From assembly GCA_002269645.1 (NCBI GenBank), contig NIVC01000591.1, positions 62,001 through 126,000 of the forward strand: 64,000 bases of DNA. Direction: 5' to 3'. The notes under the pieces are model-generated. The model did no database searches. It saw nothing but the letters and a program-made list of their open reading frames with translations, and was not told the DNA's origin. Made by a program: the position numbers and the translations under genes. Within the stretch, counting starts at the first letter, position 1. Each line of letters starts with the position of its first letter. Shown one piece after another: positions 24,319-50,000 of the stretch. Source of the stretch: Macrostomum lignano. Lineage: Eukaryota.

Positions 24319-24859
24319 GTCGCTTGCAGAAATTGGGGCCCAGTATGCTTGAAGGTATCTCCGGGTTCTTAAACTCTGGTGGCTCACTTTTGTCAGCTTT
24401 CACGCAGCTGAATTTCTATATAGCTTAGCTGCTGTTGTTCTGCTATTCTCACCTGGTTGTCAAGGCTACGCATTGTAAATTTCATGCAAGAAGCAATTCA
24501 GCTACTCTTACTGGCTGCCCGCGGCCCTGGCGCCTCCTGCTGCCTAATGGGAGGCTGCTTGCACAGCTGGCTGTACGCAGTCAGTAAGAAGCTGAGGCCT
24601 GTCTGGTTTCACAGAAAAGAAGAGCCGAGAGACGAGCTGCAAATCCTACCGGTAAGCCTAGTGTTTTAATTGTCAATTATTCATGGAGTTTGGAAGCGGG
24701 CGTATTCACACAGACTATAGCGAAGTCACGCGTAGAGAAGTGAAACAACAATTCATTCCATTTTCAAGCCTGAGTTAGAGCTGACAAATGTCAATGCAGT
24801 ATCTTGATTTTCATCATCGATTCTACTAAATATTGCAATTAAGTTATCAGATCTGTTAT

Positions 24860-25217
24860 AGAGGTTGTGTGCACCCTAGTGCACTTTAAGCGACATTAGG
24901 CACACAACCGGCGAGAGGCATTACTGCCCATTCCGCCGACTCCCCTGAGCAGGCGCACAAGCGCGCGGATACGTACGCAGTCATACGCACAGGCACACAC
25001 TCACACAGGAGTGTACAGCGGCCCTAACTTTATTTTATCGTTAGGCATGTACACTTCACTGTGCCTTGGGGGGGTTGGCTCTCAAGGCCGTTAATTGCAC
25101 GAGCAGAGCCAAGGCGAGATTCCAATTCAGCCCCAAATTAATGTGACTGCACTTGGAATCGAGCCTGGGCCGCTGGCACACCAGAGCCTGCGCTAGACCG
25201 CTGGACTACGGCCCCCC
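24860..25217 (-). mobile_element. tRNA-derived SINE
   Basis: Minus-strand head GGGGCCGTAGTCCAGCGGTCTAGCGC (A box) and GGCTCGATTCC (B box-like), with a body repeated at 23970-24090. Confidence 0.65.
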
Positions 25218-26861
25218 GTTACCAGATTTTAACTTTTCGTATCATTTTAAAGCTGCTGAATTACTTAATTCTCTATTGACTATGCATTTCAAAGAAAAAC
25301 ATGCAATTACGAGTACTTATTGAGCTTAGCAAACATGTGAATCAATCTTAGAATCGATTTTTAATGTCCATTATAGCTTGCCCCAGCCTGTGATATAGAA
25401 GAAGTTTACTAGGCCGGTATAATTGGTTAGCTGCAGTAGTGGCTCGCCAGCTGGCTTCATCAATAATTCCCAGGATTCCCTGCCAAGGCTTTCCCGTCAT
25501 TGCACAAAACAGTTTCCCATAATGCATTTTTTAAAGAAAGCTCCTGAAAATGTTGGGCCATAGCGACGCTGCTCAACGCCGCTCTAAAAACTGCAGTTGA
25601 AGAGGCAGAGAAGAGAAGTATGTACAGTACAAAGCACGGAAACTCGGCCGTATATAGAACTTCATCGCCTGCTAATTGGCAGTAGCTCAGTGCAAGTTAA
25701 GACAAAGATGGAACAGAAGCTGGAAGCCGGAGCCTTTAGAGAGAAAGAAATGATGAAGTTTATTATAAATTAATTAAGTGGCTGAAATACTTGCGTCAGG
25801 CGAACAAGGTGCATGGCGAGTCAGAGTCTGTAGAGACTGTAGAGCTAATCTGTAATTACTTGCAAATATGCAGCAGGAGTGATGGCTGCGAGAGGCTGAG
25901 ACTGACAACTATAAGACCGTAATCCGTAATACTGTGAGCAATGCTTCGAAAGACAATTAAGGCCTTTTAAAAACCTACAAAATGAGATGACACAGATTCA
26001 AATTCTCGAGGCAACCTCTTGTTTGCCCAAGGCCTATCTATGAAACTGCGTGGGAGCTTGCAGGGATATGTATATATAGAGGCCGAAGGAGTGACTTGTG
26101 TAAATTAATGCCAATCGATTGACCATACATTGCAATTATTAAGGAAATGTAACCATGCAAACAGCAGCTGCTGCAGTACCATTTTTGATAGACAAAAGGC
26201 AAACACAAAGACCATGGGTGATCGATGAGCCATCCAACCTTGTGGAAAGATTTACAGTAATTACACTGCTTCATATATCGATTCTAAAAAAGCAAACGGA
26301 GTCCCAAAAAATTACATTGTGAATCTTAGCAACAGAAGAGATCGTTGCAGTGGCTAGATTAAGGCGCCCTGCCCTGCTGTCAAGACTCATGGTTTTACAT
26401 ATATAGCATGAAATTCAATCTCTAATTTATACGTACATATGTGATATAGAAAATATCCGTAGAGATACTTAGCCCAAACAAATTACATGCATGCAGTCCG
26501 GGTTTATATGTAAATGCAAATGTACGCACGAATTAACGTACATGCAACATACACTGTGTTACATATATGCATGGACATATGTTGCATGAATACAAATTAG
26601 GACCACTGAGAACTTCTAGTGGTACCGTGCTTGCATGAATATCTGGGCATATGGTACATGTATATATTTTTGTGTGTTCTAGTCCGATCATTTTTTGCAC
26701 TAATTCGATGAGCATCTGGGACAGTTGAGCTGTGATTGAAAGCCGCATGATATCTTCAGCCATTTTCCCTAATCCATGAGTTGATTCTTGAGTTGAGTTG
26801 AGTTGTTCTTGAGTTGTAGGTTCCCAAAAGGATGGTGAACTCAACAATGGCGGAGTAGATT

Positions 26862-27478
26862 TGTAGCGGTAGCACTTGGCAATTCAGCGGCAAGATAAGT
26901 AAGGGCCGCAACTTGTTTATTGTAATTGTCAATATAGGTTAATACAGAGGCTATAGCACGCGGGGCGCTGGCGGCTGCAACAATGGGTTTGAATTTAATA
27001 GATTAAGTAGGATGATGAGCAGATTGATGAAGGTGACGCAAATAGTAGAGCGATGGCGATGAGTAGACAGTGGTGGCAGCCTTCGGTGGCAAACTGGCAG
27101 ACAGGAAAGTAGCGTAGTAGGGCCTAGCGAAGGCGGCTAGCCCGTGGTAGCGTGAGACAGAGAGAGACGAGAAGGCGTAAACAATTCTGGCCCAGACGGA
27201 GCGGGGCCGTGGCGAGAGATAAGAAGAGAAGGAGAGCACGAAGGAGCGTGAAAACCCCCAGCCCGCCACCAGGCGGGGTTAATAAAGGAGCGCAGGAGGG
27301 TTAGCATAATAGCATAATATATGCGCGGAGTTTCCATTTACTGGCGGGGGAAAAGCAAAAACAGAAAGTATCGATCGCGTGAAGACTCTACAGGCGTACG
27401 CAAGGATTACAATGTACGCAATGATTAGCAATTGATACAGATTCGTTGGGCGCTACTACAAGTAAACGTGCGCATACA
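26862..27478 (-). mobile_element. Solo LTR (617 bp) with 5-bp TSD
   Basis: TGTAG...TACA termini; AGATT at 26857-26861 and 27479-27483; AATAAA on minus about 55 bp from the left end. Confidence 0.75.
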
Positions 27479-28405
27479 AGATTGGAGAATGTTAAATGAG
27501 AAATTGTAGTCCAACGGCCCTTTTGCGGGACCACTTTAAACTGACAACGTCAGACATACCATGATATATGTGGTATATACACAATTGGACGAGTTAGGTG
27601 TGCTGCAGTTAACGTGTGCTTTTATGTACATTAAATCGTAAATATGTACACGTACAGGTGTATTACAAAGAATCATGCACGGACCACTATAGGTAACCGT
27701 TGTACAACGGTGTGGTCCTTGCAAAGAACTAGCTCTTACATATATATGTAACTTTTATAATTTGCTCCTGCGTCCATAACTGTTAAAAATACATGCAAAT
27801 TCAAATTCGGTGAATTACGGTCATCCATTTCTCAAAAGAGGATCAAAATAACGAAAAGTTAAATGCAAAATGCATAATGATCTGTATTATGTCATGTACA
27901 CATACATGTAAAGAACTTCGTTTTATAATATCTTTAAAGTATGACTTTACGCAAAGACATCACTGCAGTTCAGATAAGCAATTTTGTTTCTAGTTGGCAC
28001 AAAAATAGACAGCATTGTTTGATACAACTTGCTTTTTTATTGTTTTGTACATTTATGGTATAAAATTTCTTACGGTTTGCAAATAAAATGTAAGTTCGGG
28101 TTTTAATAACGGTTTTAACAACATGTTTTACAACATATAAAAAAAGATTTTAAAACTGTACTATTTAGCCTGTAGACAATAAAGATTTTGTTTTTATTTT
28201 AATTATTATGAATATATTATTTTAATTAAAATTAAAAAAAGTAATATAAAAGCGTCAAACTGGCACGTGTCGCGAAGCCAGCCGCCGCTTCCGACTGTTG
28301 TTGTTAGCCCGCCTGTCGCCCGATAACAATTCTAACAGCAGTCCTGTCTGTTTGTAACCGGCTCAGTCTCACCGTCTGGAAAAAGCTTTATAACTATATT
28401 AAATA

Positions 28406-40574
<12,169 letters not shown>

Positions 40575-41389
40575 GTGAGTAAACTACAAATTTCTACGCT
40601 TCAAACAAAAACCTAACTATACGCTAGTTTTGCTACTGACCATAAAGTAAGTAGTGTAGTTTGGACATTTATTTAAGTAATATAAAAATTATTTTTCGAC
40701 CCAATTTTATTTGCTACTAAAGCATTTTTTGCGCAATTAGTTTTTTTTTGCAAATATATGCTACTGCAAAGTGAGTAGTATGCCGTGTTCAAACCTTTTG
40801 TTATTTTTCTATTTGTCTTTTTCACTTTTTTAATGTTTGCAACAAGTTCGCGTACGTATGTTTCGCGTCTCTCTGCTCACATAATTTTGTCCGCAGGCAG
40901 CTAAATTAGACCTTGAGCATGCGCTATACTGATTTCAGTAGACACTCTGGTAACAGGGGTGTAATGTCTGATCAATACGGCTCACTCTTGGTTGTAATTG
41001 TATATAGCATTTTTATTCATTCTATAAAAATTGTACTAATATCAATGCTATTTTTATTTCCTTTTTTTTACTAACTGGCATTTGAATTCAATGGTGCAAT
41101 TTCGTATTTATTCAATTCTCTCAATTTATGCTTTTTTAAGCTGCCCCCGTAATGTAACTGTGTTGTAAAACTCGACTGTGTCTCGACTTGAATTGATCAA
41201 ATAATTGTTTGTTTTTATTAACAAATTGAAATACATTGTTGGCTTGCAGTTCGCCACCTTGACCTTGTCTAGGCCGCAATTCGAATCGAATGTACCGAAT
41301 AATTTTTGTTTGAGTGTGTTTTGATGCTTGAGTGTGTTGTTTATTTTTAGTGAAACCGAGCTAAGAAATCTGATCTGCGTGTTTTTTAG

Positions 41390-42010
41390 AATCTCAATCA
41401 ACTGTCCTGTTTTCCTAGAAACAGTCCTTCTGGTTTCTTAGAAACTCAATCAACTTTCTTGTTTTCCAAGAAACAATCCTTCTGGTTTCTTAGAAACGCA
41501 ATCAACTTTCTTGTTTTCCTAGAAAAAATCCTTCTGGTTTCTTAGAAACTCAATCAACTTTCTTGTTTTCCTAGAAACAGTCCTTCTGGTTTCTTAGAAA
41601 CTGAATCAACTTTCTTGTTTTCCTAGAAACAATCCTGGTTTCTTAAAAACCCAATCCGCCATTTTCTAGAAACTTAATCGCTCTTTCTTAGAAACCGAAT
41701 CCGCCCTTTCCTAGAAACTCAATCGCCTTTTCGTAGAATCTGAATCTGCCGTTTCCTAGAAACTAATACCACCCCTTTCTACTTGTAGAACTAACCCCAC
41801 CTTTTCTAAAAGCTAATCCCACCATTTCTAGAAACTAATCCCACCCTTTTCCAGAAACTACTTAGCCCCTTTTCTAGAAACTAATCCTACCATTTTCCTA
41901 GACAATATTTCACCCTTTCCTAGAAACTAAGTCTGCTTCTTTCCAAAAACCGAATCCTACTTTTTTCTAGAAACCCATCCCTCCTTTTCCTAGAAACCAA
42001 TCCGCCCCTT
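41390..42010. repeat. Degenerate CTAGAAAC-core minisatellite between MCM7 and the RING gene
   Basis: TTCCTAGAAAC.ATCC/CAATCAAC units; the right half matches the MCM7 intron 3 unit. Confidence 0.9.
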
Positions 42011-42289
42011 TTCTTAAATTATTTCTTATACTTTTCTTAAAGTATATATAAGTAGTATCGGCAGCGCATGAAACGGTGCATAATAATAACAATTGCACCA
42101 TTCTAACGCACTTATTATTCACCGTTAAAGTGCAATGATTCCAGCGTAGACCTTGGGGCTAGTTTGGGCGTGAGACACGAAAAGAATGTGGCGCCACGCT
42201 GTACAGTGTTGCTATTTTTAGACTGGGCTTGACAAGATTTTCCTATGCAGTTTAGGCCGGTGACCTAAGAGAGCTATTTTTAGAATCCA

Positions 42290-44304
42290 ATGGGGTACGT
42301 AGGCAATGCACTTTGACTTGTAATATAAATAGCTTGAATTTTTTCAACTCTCGCATCTTTCTCTCGCTTCTTTTAATTTGAAAATATTCTCTTAGTAAAG
42401 GCACGAAGACATGGCTTTCTGTTGTCCATCTTCTTCTAGTAGCAGCAATAGCGGCGATAGCAGCCGTCCCAGCGATCGGGAGGAAGCTTTGCAATTGCGG
42501 CTGGAACAAATGCGCAGGTAGTTTACCGTTGCGTCCTTTTTAAGTGTTACATTTATGATTATTAAAATGTTTCTGATTTCTTCTGCTTTCAGAGAGCGCG
42601 AGTCGGAGCTGAAGCAGATCAGCCGCCTAGTTGCTGAGGCCAATCCTTCCGCTGCTGCCCCTAGTAGCAGCAGCAATGGTCAGTCAGCTGTGCAGCAGAT
42701 GCTGCAGCAGCGGCTGCCGCCTTCGTCCACTGGGCTGCCGCCGCCTCCCCCTCCGCCGTCGGCAACCGCCACGGAAATTCGAGTGGAAGTTGTTGGTCTG
42801 AACGAGCTGCGACCCGTCAGTCGAATTTTGCAATCGAGCGCCTTTCGAACCGAACTTGAAAGCCTGGTTCGAGCGAGCCTGTCGCCAAGGCAACAGCAGC
42901 AGCAGCCAACCCGAGTTCCTGTTGTTGCTAGGGACCAACAGTCTGAGCCACAGCAGCAGCTGCCGCAGCAACCACCGCAACAGCAGCCGCAGGACCGCTC
43001 CCTGACTGAACTCCGCCGTCAGCGCCACGAAGATCTGGTGCAGGAGATCAACGAGCTGCTGCACTCCCAGCTGGTCTCTGGCGGCTTGGACGGCGCCTTC
43101 CGCGCCAGACTCGACCGCGACCTGCGGGCTCGCGCCGCCGCCCTGCCAGACGGTGGCCGAAGGGCGCAGACCGCCGTGCAGCATCTGCCGCCGAGCGGAG
43201 TGCAGCGGAACGACTTCAGCCACCTGGGCATCTACCGTCAGGAGGGTGAAGGCTTCGGCGGCGACGACCTGCTTGCAGAGGATGCCGCGTCTTCATCAGC
43301 TGAGGAGGTAAAATATTCTGTCCTCTTAGATCCCAAATTTCCTAGACTGCCAGTCTCTTCTAATATCCCATATTCCCAAGAATCCCAATCCACTATGAGA
43401 TCACATATTCCAAGAATCCCAATCCATTCTGCGATCCCATTATCCCAACAATCCCAATCCATTCTGAGACTGCCAGTCTCTTCTAATATCCCATATTTCC
43501 AAGAATCCCAAACAATTCTGAGATCCCAGTATCCCAAGAATCCCAATTTATTCTGAGATCCCATTATCCAAGAATCCCAATTTATTCTGGATCCCATTAT
43601 CCCAACAATCCCAATCCATTATGAGACTGCCAGTCTCTTCTAATATCCCATATTTCCAAGAATCCTAATTTATTCTGAGATCCCATTATCCCAAGAGTCC
43701 CAATCCATTCTGCGATCCCATTATCCCAAGAATCCTAATCCATTCTGAGATCCTATTATCCCAACAATCCCAATCCATTCTGAGATCCCATATTCCCGAG
43801 AATCCCAATCGAATTCCAATAAAATATCCCCACACAATCACTGCTCAGGTGCTCTCCGTCGTATCCACCGCTGCCGCAAACGCCGCAGTGGCTCACAGCA
43901 CCGCGGCCGTCAACCGTCAGCTTCACTCTGTGCAGCGCGAGCTCACCGATCTTCGTCGAACTCTGCGCCTGTTGCTAGGCAACCAGCTGGAGACTCAGCG
44001 AATGATTCGTCAGGAGGTATCGGCCGCCCTGCAGGCTACTGGAATCGCCCAGCCCTCTGTGGCCCTGCCAACTATGAGTCAGCAGCCTCAGCCACCGGCA
44101 GCTTCGGTTGCCGGGGCCTGTCTGATCTGTTTGAGCAGCCAGGCTGACACTGTGATGTACAGGTGCGGCCACCTGTGCCTGTGCTCGATGTGCACCGCCA
44201 GGATGAAGGAGGCTGCACCGGGAGGTCGGATGTCCTGTCCGGTTTGCCGGGCACCCGTGGTTGACACCGTGCGGGTTTTCTCGGCTAGCGCGGAACGCCA
44301 GTAG
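42290..44304 (+). CDS. RING-HC (C3HC4_3-type) E3 ubiquitin ligase, ~417 aa
   Basis: Exons 42290-42294 (ATGGG, inferred), 42440-42517, 42593-43307, 43849-44304; 1254 nt in frame. Coiled-coil segments and C-terminal CLICLSSQADTVMYRCGHLCLCSMC...CPVCRAPVVDTVRVF. The first micro-exon is inferred; the alternative start is ATG 42510. Confidence 0.85.
43330..43810. repeat. AATCCC-core minisatellite, RING gene intron 3
   Basis: AATCCCAATCCATTCTGAGATCCCATTATCCCAAG-type units with longer variants. Confidence 0.92.
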
Positions 44305-44864
44305 AAGTCACGTGACTTTGACTTCTTCAAACTTTGAGTTTTGGATTTTTAGTTCACAGGCCTAATCTGTACCTGTCTGATGTGACAATATGTCTGTAAT
44401 CTACCTGTCTCATCTCTGCTACAAAAATTGTCTCATGTATTTTGTCAGCTTGTATTTGTAAGTAAACCGAAAGAAAAGATATATATATTTTCTTTTATTC
44501 AGATGTTTATACATTTAGAAAAGTAAAGATTTTTTAGCAGAGTCACAATTGTATTACAAATGTTTAATTATAATCAAATTATTATTTATCATTTTATCCC
44601 ACTATGCATCGCAAATATATATATCTCAATTATGTTAGAAAGGCTTTCATTTCGTGAACTTTTCGATTTTATATACAGTGCTAGTAATTAAATTTCTCTT
44701 TTTTATAATAAAAAATTAAGCGTCAAGTCTGAACTACTCTACTAACAGTGGCAGTAAAATAATTTTATGCTCTAATTTTTATATCCAGCTACAAAACGAT
44801 CGAAAAAAACGTCAATTTAATTAATTAGAAATCAAAGAAAGTAATTAAATAAACAGCTCGCAAG

Positions 44865-46036
44865 ATGCAAGTCGCCAGTAAAGAGGCCGCTGTGAGATGC
44901 GCCGAAGAACTGCTCATGTCGCTGCACAATCCGTCAACGAGGGATTCGGCTCTGGCTGAGCTGAGCAAGCATCGCGACGCCATACCGGAATTGGCCTGTC
45001 TGATCTGGCAGTCTTATGGCTGCGTTGCCATTCTGTTAGAAGAGATCGTGTCCGCGTATCAGCATCTCAGCACTGGGGCATTGTCGGTAAGTTTGTGTTG
45101 CCTTGATTCTTGATCTACCGATATGCATCAAAAACTTGTCGGTCAGTGTGTGTTTTTATGTTGCTTTGGTTCATGATCTACCGATATGTATCGAAAAAAA
45201 ATTGGTGAGTGTGTGTTCTTGTGTTGCTTTGGTTTATGATCTACCGATATGTATCGAAAACTTGTCGGTGAGTGTGTGTTTTTATGTTGCTTTGGTTCAT
45301 GATCTACCGATATGTATCGAAAACTTGTCGGGGAGTGTGTTTTTCTGTTGCTTTGGTTCGTGAATTACCGATATGTATCGAAAAATTGTCGATGAGTGTG
45401 TTTTTGTGTTGCTTTGGTTCATGATCTACCGATATGTATCGAAAAAATTGTCGGTGAGTGTGTGTTTTTTGTGTTGCTTTATTTCTTGATATACCGATAT
45501 GTATCGAAAAAACGTAATTAATTTAACAATTTGGTAAATTTGTACTAATGTAGTAGATGCATTTACAGTGTTTGAAACTAGTTTTATTGATACATTCACT
45601 TAGATTAGGTTAGTTTAGTTAAAGTTCGCGAAGAGCAATTAGTCTGCTGCACTCTTGTTTTATAGAAGCAACGCTGCTTAACCGTCTCAAAGCATTTAGT
45701 TTGATGAAGCGTCTTTGCGCCTGTCACTCGATCACTGATAAAAGTGCATTCACAGCTGTGTCTCTTTAACCCCCTCCCTCCCGCATGCCTGAGCGGCCTC
45801 CTTGCCTATGGAGCCGACTAGCGGAGCAGTGAGGCCTTCTCTAATTAAAGCTAAGGGTTTGCTGTTTGGGTTGTGATGCACAAATCCTGCCCAGTTGGAG
45901 ATTGTGCCGGCGTGTGGATGGGACTGGTTATTGGGGACTGAGCTGCTCCACTGCGTCTCATTTCTTCTTGATTAACGCTTGTGTCAGTCCGGCATCTGTG
46001 TGCCTGCTTCTCTGCCTGTCTGCGTCTGTCTGTTCA

Positions 46037-46109
<73 letters not shown>

Positions 46110-46146
46110 GTCTATCTGTCTGTCTGTCTGTCTGTCTGTCTGTTCA

Positions 46147-46197
<51 letters not shown>

Positions 46198-46205
46198 GTC
46201 TGTTC

Positions 46206-46247
<42 letters not shown>

Positions 46248-46284
46248 GTCTATCTGTCTGTCTGTCTGTCTGTCTGTCTGTTCA

Positions 46285-46325
<41 letters not shown>

Positions 46326-46362
46326 GTCTATCTGTCTGTCTGTCTGTCTATCTGTCTGTTCA

Positions 46363-46427
<65 letters not shown>

Positions 46428-46430
46428 TCA

Positions 46431-46515
<85 letters not shown>

Positions 46516-46552
46516 GTCTATCTGTCTGTCTGTCTGTCTATCTGTCTGTTCA

Positions 46553-46593
<41 letters not shown>

Positions 46594-46630
46594 GTCTATC
46601 TGTCTGTCTGTCTGTCTATCTGTCTGTTCA

Positions 46631-46711
<81 letters not shown>

Positions 46712-46766
46712 ATATCTATCTATCTGTCTATCTCTATCTATCTATCTATCTATCTATCTGTCTATC

Positions 46767-46817
<51 letters not shown>

Positions 46818-46984
46818 GTCTATCTCTATCTATCTATCTATCTATCTGTCTATCTATCTATCTGTCTATCTCTATCTATCTATCTGTCTATCTATCTATC
46901 TGTCTATCTCTATCTATCTATCTGTCTATCTATCTATCTATCTATCTGTCTATCTATCTATATATCTATCTGTCTATCTATCTG

Positions 46985-47051
<67 letters not shown>

Positions 47052-50000
47052 GTCTATCTATCTATATATCTATCTGTCTATCTATCTGTCTATCTATCTG
47101 TCTATCTATCTATTTCCCTAATCTAAGTTGTTGTATTTTAGCACACCAAAGTGCTTTAAGTACTTCTATAGTTCGTATGGGCCATCTCTAATTGCCCATG
47201 CACTTTAAGCACTCTTTTCACCTCTTTTTGATCGCTTCTTTGTTAAGTTCGTTTTAGATGTATTAATAAAGGTAACTTCGCTCAGTTAATTGCTTTCCCT
47301 GCTCAGTCCAGGGGCCGAAATTTTTTAGCACGAAATTGCGTGACCGTCATGACTCTGGTCATCTGGTTCAGAGCTTCAAAGGTCTTCGTTTTCCTTGACT
47401 ATCCTCATGCACAGTCATTTTCCTTTGTGAGACTCGTTTTTATCGTCCTTGAGTATCTAAATTTTTTGGATAGTTTCCCAATCATCAGTGTTTTATTATC
47501 CTCGAGTTCTCCCAGTTATGAATTATCACTAGTTATGAATTGAATTATGCCTAGTCATGAATTATCCCTACTTATGAATTATCCCTACTTATGAATTATC
47601 CCTACTTATGAATCATCCCTAGTCATGAATTATCCCTACTTGTGAATTATCCCTACTTATAAATTATCCCTACTATGAATTATCCCACTTATGAATTATC
47701 CCTACTTATGAATTATCCCTACTCATGAATTATCCCTACTATGAATTATCCCACTTATGAATTATCCCTACCTATGAATTATCCCTACTTATGAATTATC
47801 CCTACTTATGAATTATCCCTACTTATGAATTATCCCTACTATGAATTATCCCTAACATGAATTATCCCACTTATGAATTATCCCTACTTATGAATTATCC
47901 CTACTTATGAATTATCCCTACTTATGAATTATCCCTACTATGAATTATCCCTACTATGAATTATCCCTACCTATGAATTATCCCTACTTATGAATTATCC
48001 CTACTTATGAATTATCCCTACTATGAATTATCCCTAACATGAATTATCCCACTTATGAATTATCCCTACTTATGAATTATCCCTACTATGAATTATCCCT
48101 ACTATGAATTATCCCTACCTATGAATTATCCCTACTTATGAATTATCCCTACTTATGAATTATCCCTACTATGAATTATCCCTAATATGAATTATCCCAC
48201 TTATTAATTATCCCTACTATGAATTATCCCACTTATGAATTATCCCTACTTATGAATTATCCCTACTATGAATTATCCCACTTATGAATTATCCCTACTT
48301 ATGAATTATCCCACTTATGAATTATCCCACTTATGAATTATCCCACTTATGAATTATCCCTACTTATGAATTATCCCTACTTATGAATTATCCCTACTAT
48401 GAATTATCTACACTTCTGAACTACCCCATATTTCTTACTGCTTATATTATTCTAATTTTTCCAACACACATGGCAGTGTTGTCTTTAATTTATTTTCCCA
48501 ATCCTGATTCCCGCTCCCCTTCCCACCTGTGACAGGTGCAGCTATCAAATCGGGTATGCAACGCCATGGCCCTGCTGCAGTGTCTGGCTGCACACCCAGC
48601 CACTAGGCGGGCTGTGTTGGACCTGCAGCTGGTGCACTACCTGTTCCCGTTCCTAAGCAACCATCCTCAGCATCAGCCGGCAGATCCTCGCCCAGCTGAG
48701 TTCCTTCGCCTCACAGCTTTGGGTGTTATTGGCGCTTTGGCGAAGTCCGAAGATCCTCAGGCTGTTGAATGCCTTCTACGAACCGAACAGCTGGTGCCGC
48801 TGTGCCTTCGCGTGATGGACTTTGGCAGCGAGCTGAGCCGCACTGTGGCCACTTTTGTAGTGCAGAAGGTGCTGCAGGATCCCGCTGGGCTGGCCTACGT
48901 GTGCAACACCTATCAGAGGTTTGAGCAGGTTGCCGCGGGTCTGGCTGGCGTTCTGGTGTACTTGCGAGTGAACCCGAGCGCCCGACTATTGAAGCACGTT
49001 GTTCGATGCTATGTGCTGCTGACTGATAACTTCAGGTAGGGGTTCACTCGTTTTTATTAGTAGCTTTTATTACTCAGTTAAACCATTGGCTTTTAAATCC
49101 ATGGGACTTAAAATGTATGTGAAAATTGGCCTTCAAATTCTTAAGGAAAATCGGCCTTCAAATTCTTAAGGAAAATCGGCCTTCAAATTCTTAAGGAAAA
49201 TCGGCCTTCAAATTCTTAAGGAAAATCGGCCTTCAAATTCTTAAGGAAAATCGGCCTTCAAATTCTTAAGAAAAATCGGCCTTCAAATTCTTAAGGAAAA
49301 TCGGCCTTCAAATTCTTAAGGAAAATCGGCCTTCAAATTCTTAAGGAAAATCGGCCTTCAAATTCTTAAGGAAAATCGGCCTTCAAATTCTTAAGGAAAA
49401 TCGGCCTTCAAATTCTTAAGGAAAATCGGCCTTCAAATTCTTAAAGAAAATCGGCCTTCAAATTCTTAAGGAAAATCGGCCTTTAAATTCTTAAAGAAAA
49501 TCGGCCTTCAAATTCTTAAAGAAAATCGGCCTTCAAATTCTTAAAGAAAATCGGCCTTCAAATTCTTAAAGAAAATCGGCCTTCAAATTCTTAAGGAAAA
49601 TCGGCCTTCAAATTCTTAAGGAAAATCGGCCTTCAAATTCTTAAGGAAAATCGGCCTTCAAATTCTTAAAGAAAATCGGCCTTCAAATTCTTAAGGAAAA
49701 TCGGCCTTTAAATTCTTAAAGAAAATCGGCCTTCAAATTCTTAAAGAAAATCGGCCTTCAAATTCTTAAAGAAAATCGGCCTTCAAATTCTTAAAGAAAA
49801 TCGGCCTTCAAATTCTTAAGGAAAATCGGCCTTTAAATTCTTAAAGAAAATCGGCCTTCAAATTCTTAAAGAAAATCGGCCTTCAAATTCTTAAAGAAAA
49901 TCGGCCTTCAAATTCTTAAGGAAAATCGGCCTTCAAATTCTTAAGGAAAATCGGCCTTCAAATTCTTAAGGAAAATCGGCCTTCAAATTCTTAAAGAAAA

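Noticed and set aside
24457-25620. Possible plus-strand exons divergent from lectin copy C (donors near 24651 and 25617)
   Set aside because: No coherent multi-exon ORF or domain could be assembled.
28264-28269. CACGTG E-box upstream of MCM7
   Set aside because: A single hexamer is expected by chance; there is no supporting evidence although the position is plausible.
45866-47191. 380-440-aa LSVC/LSIY ORFs
   Set aside because: Translation of a tetranucleotide microsatellite in CNOT9 intron 1.
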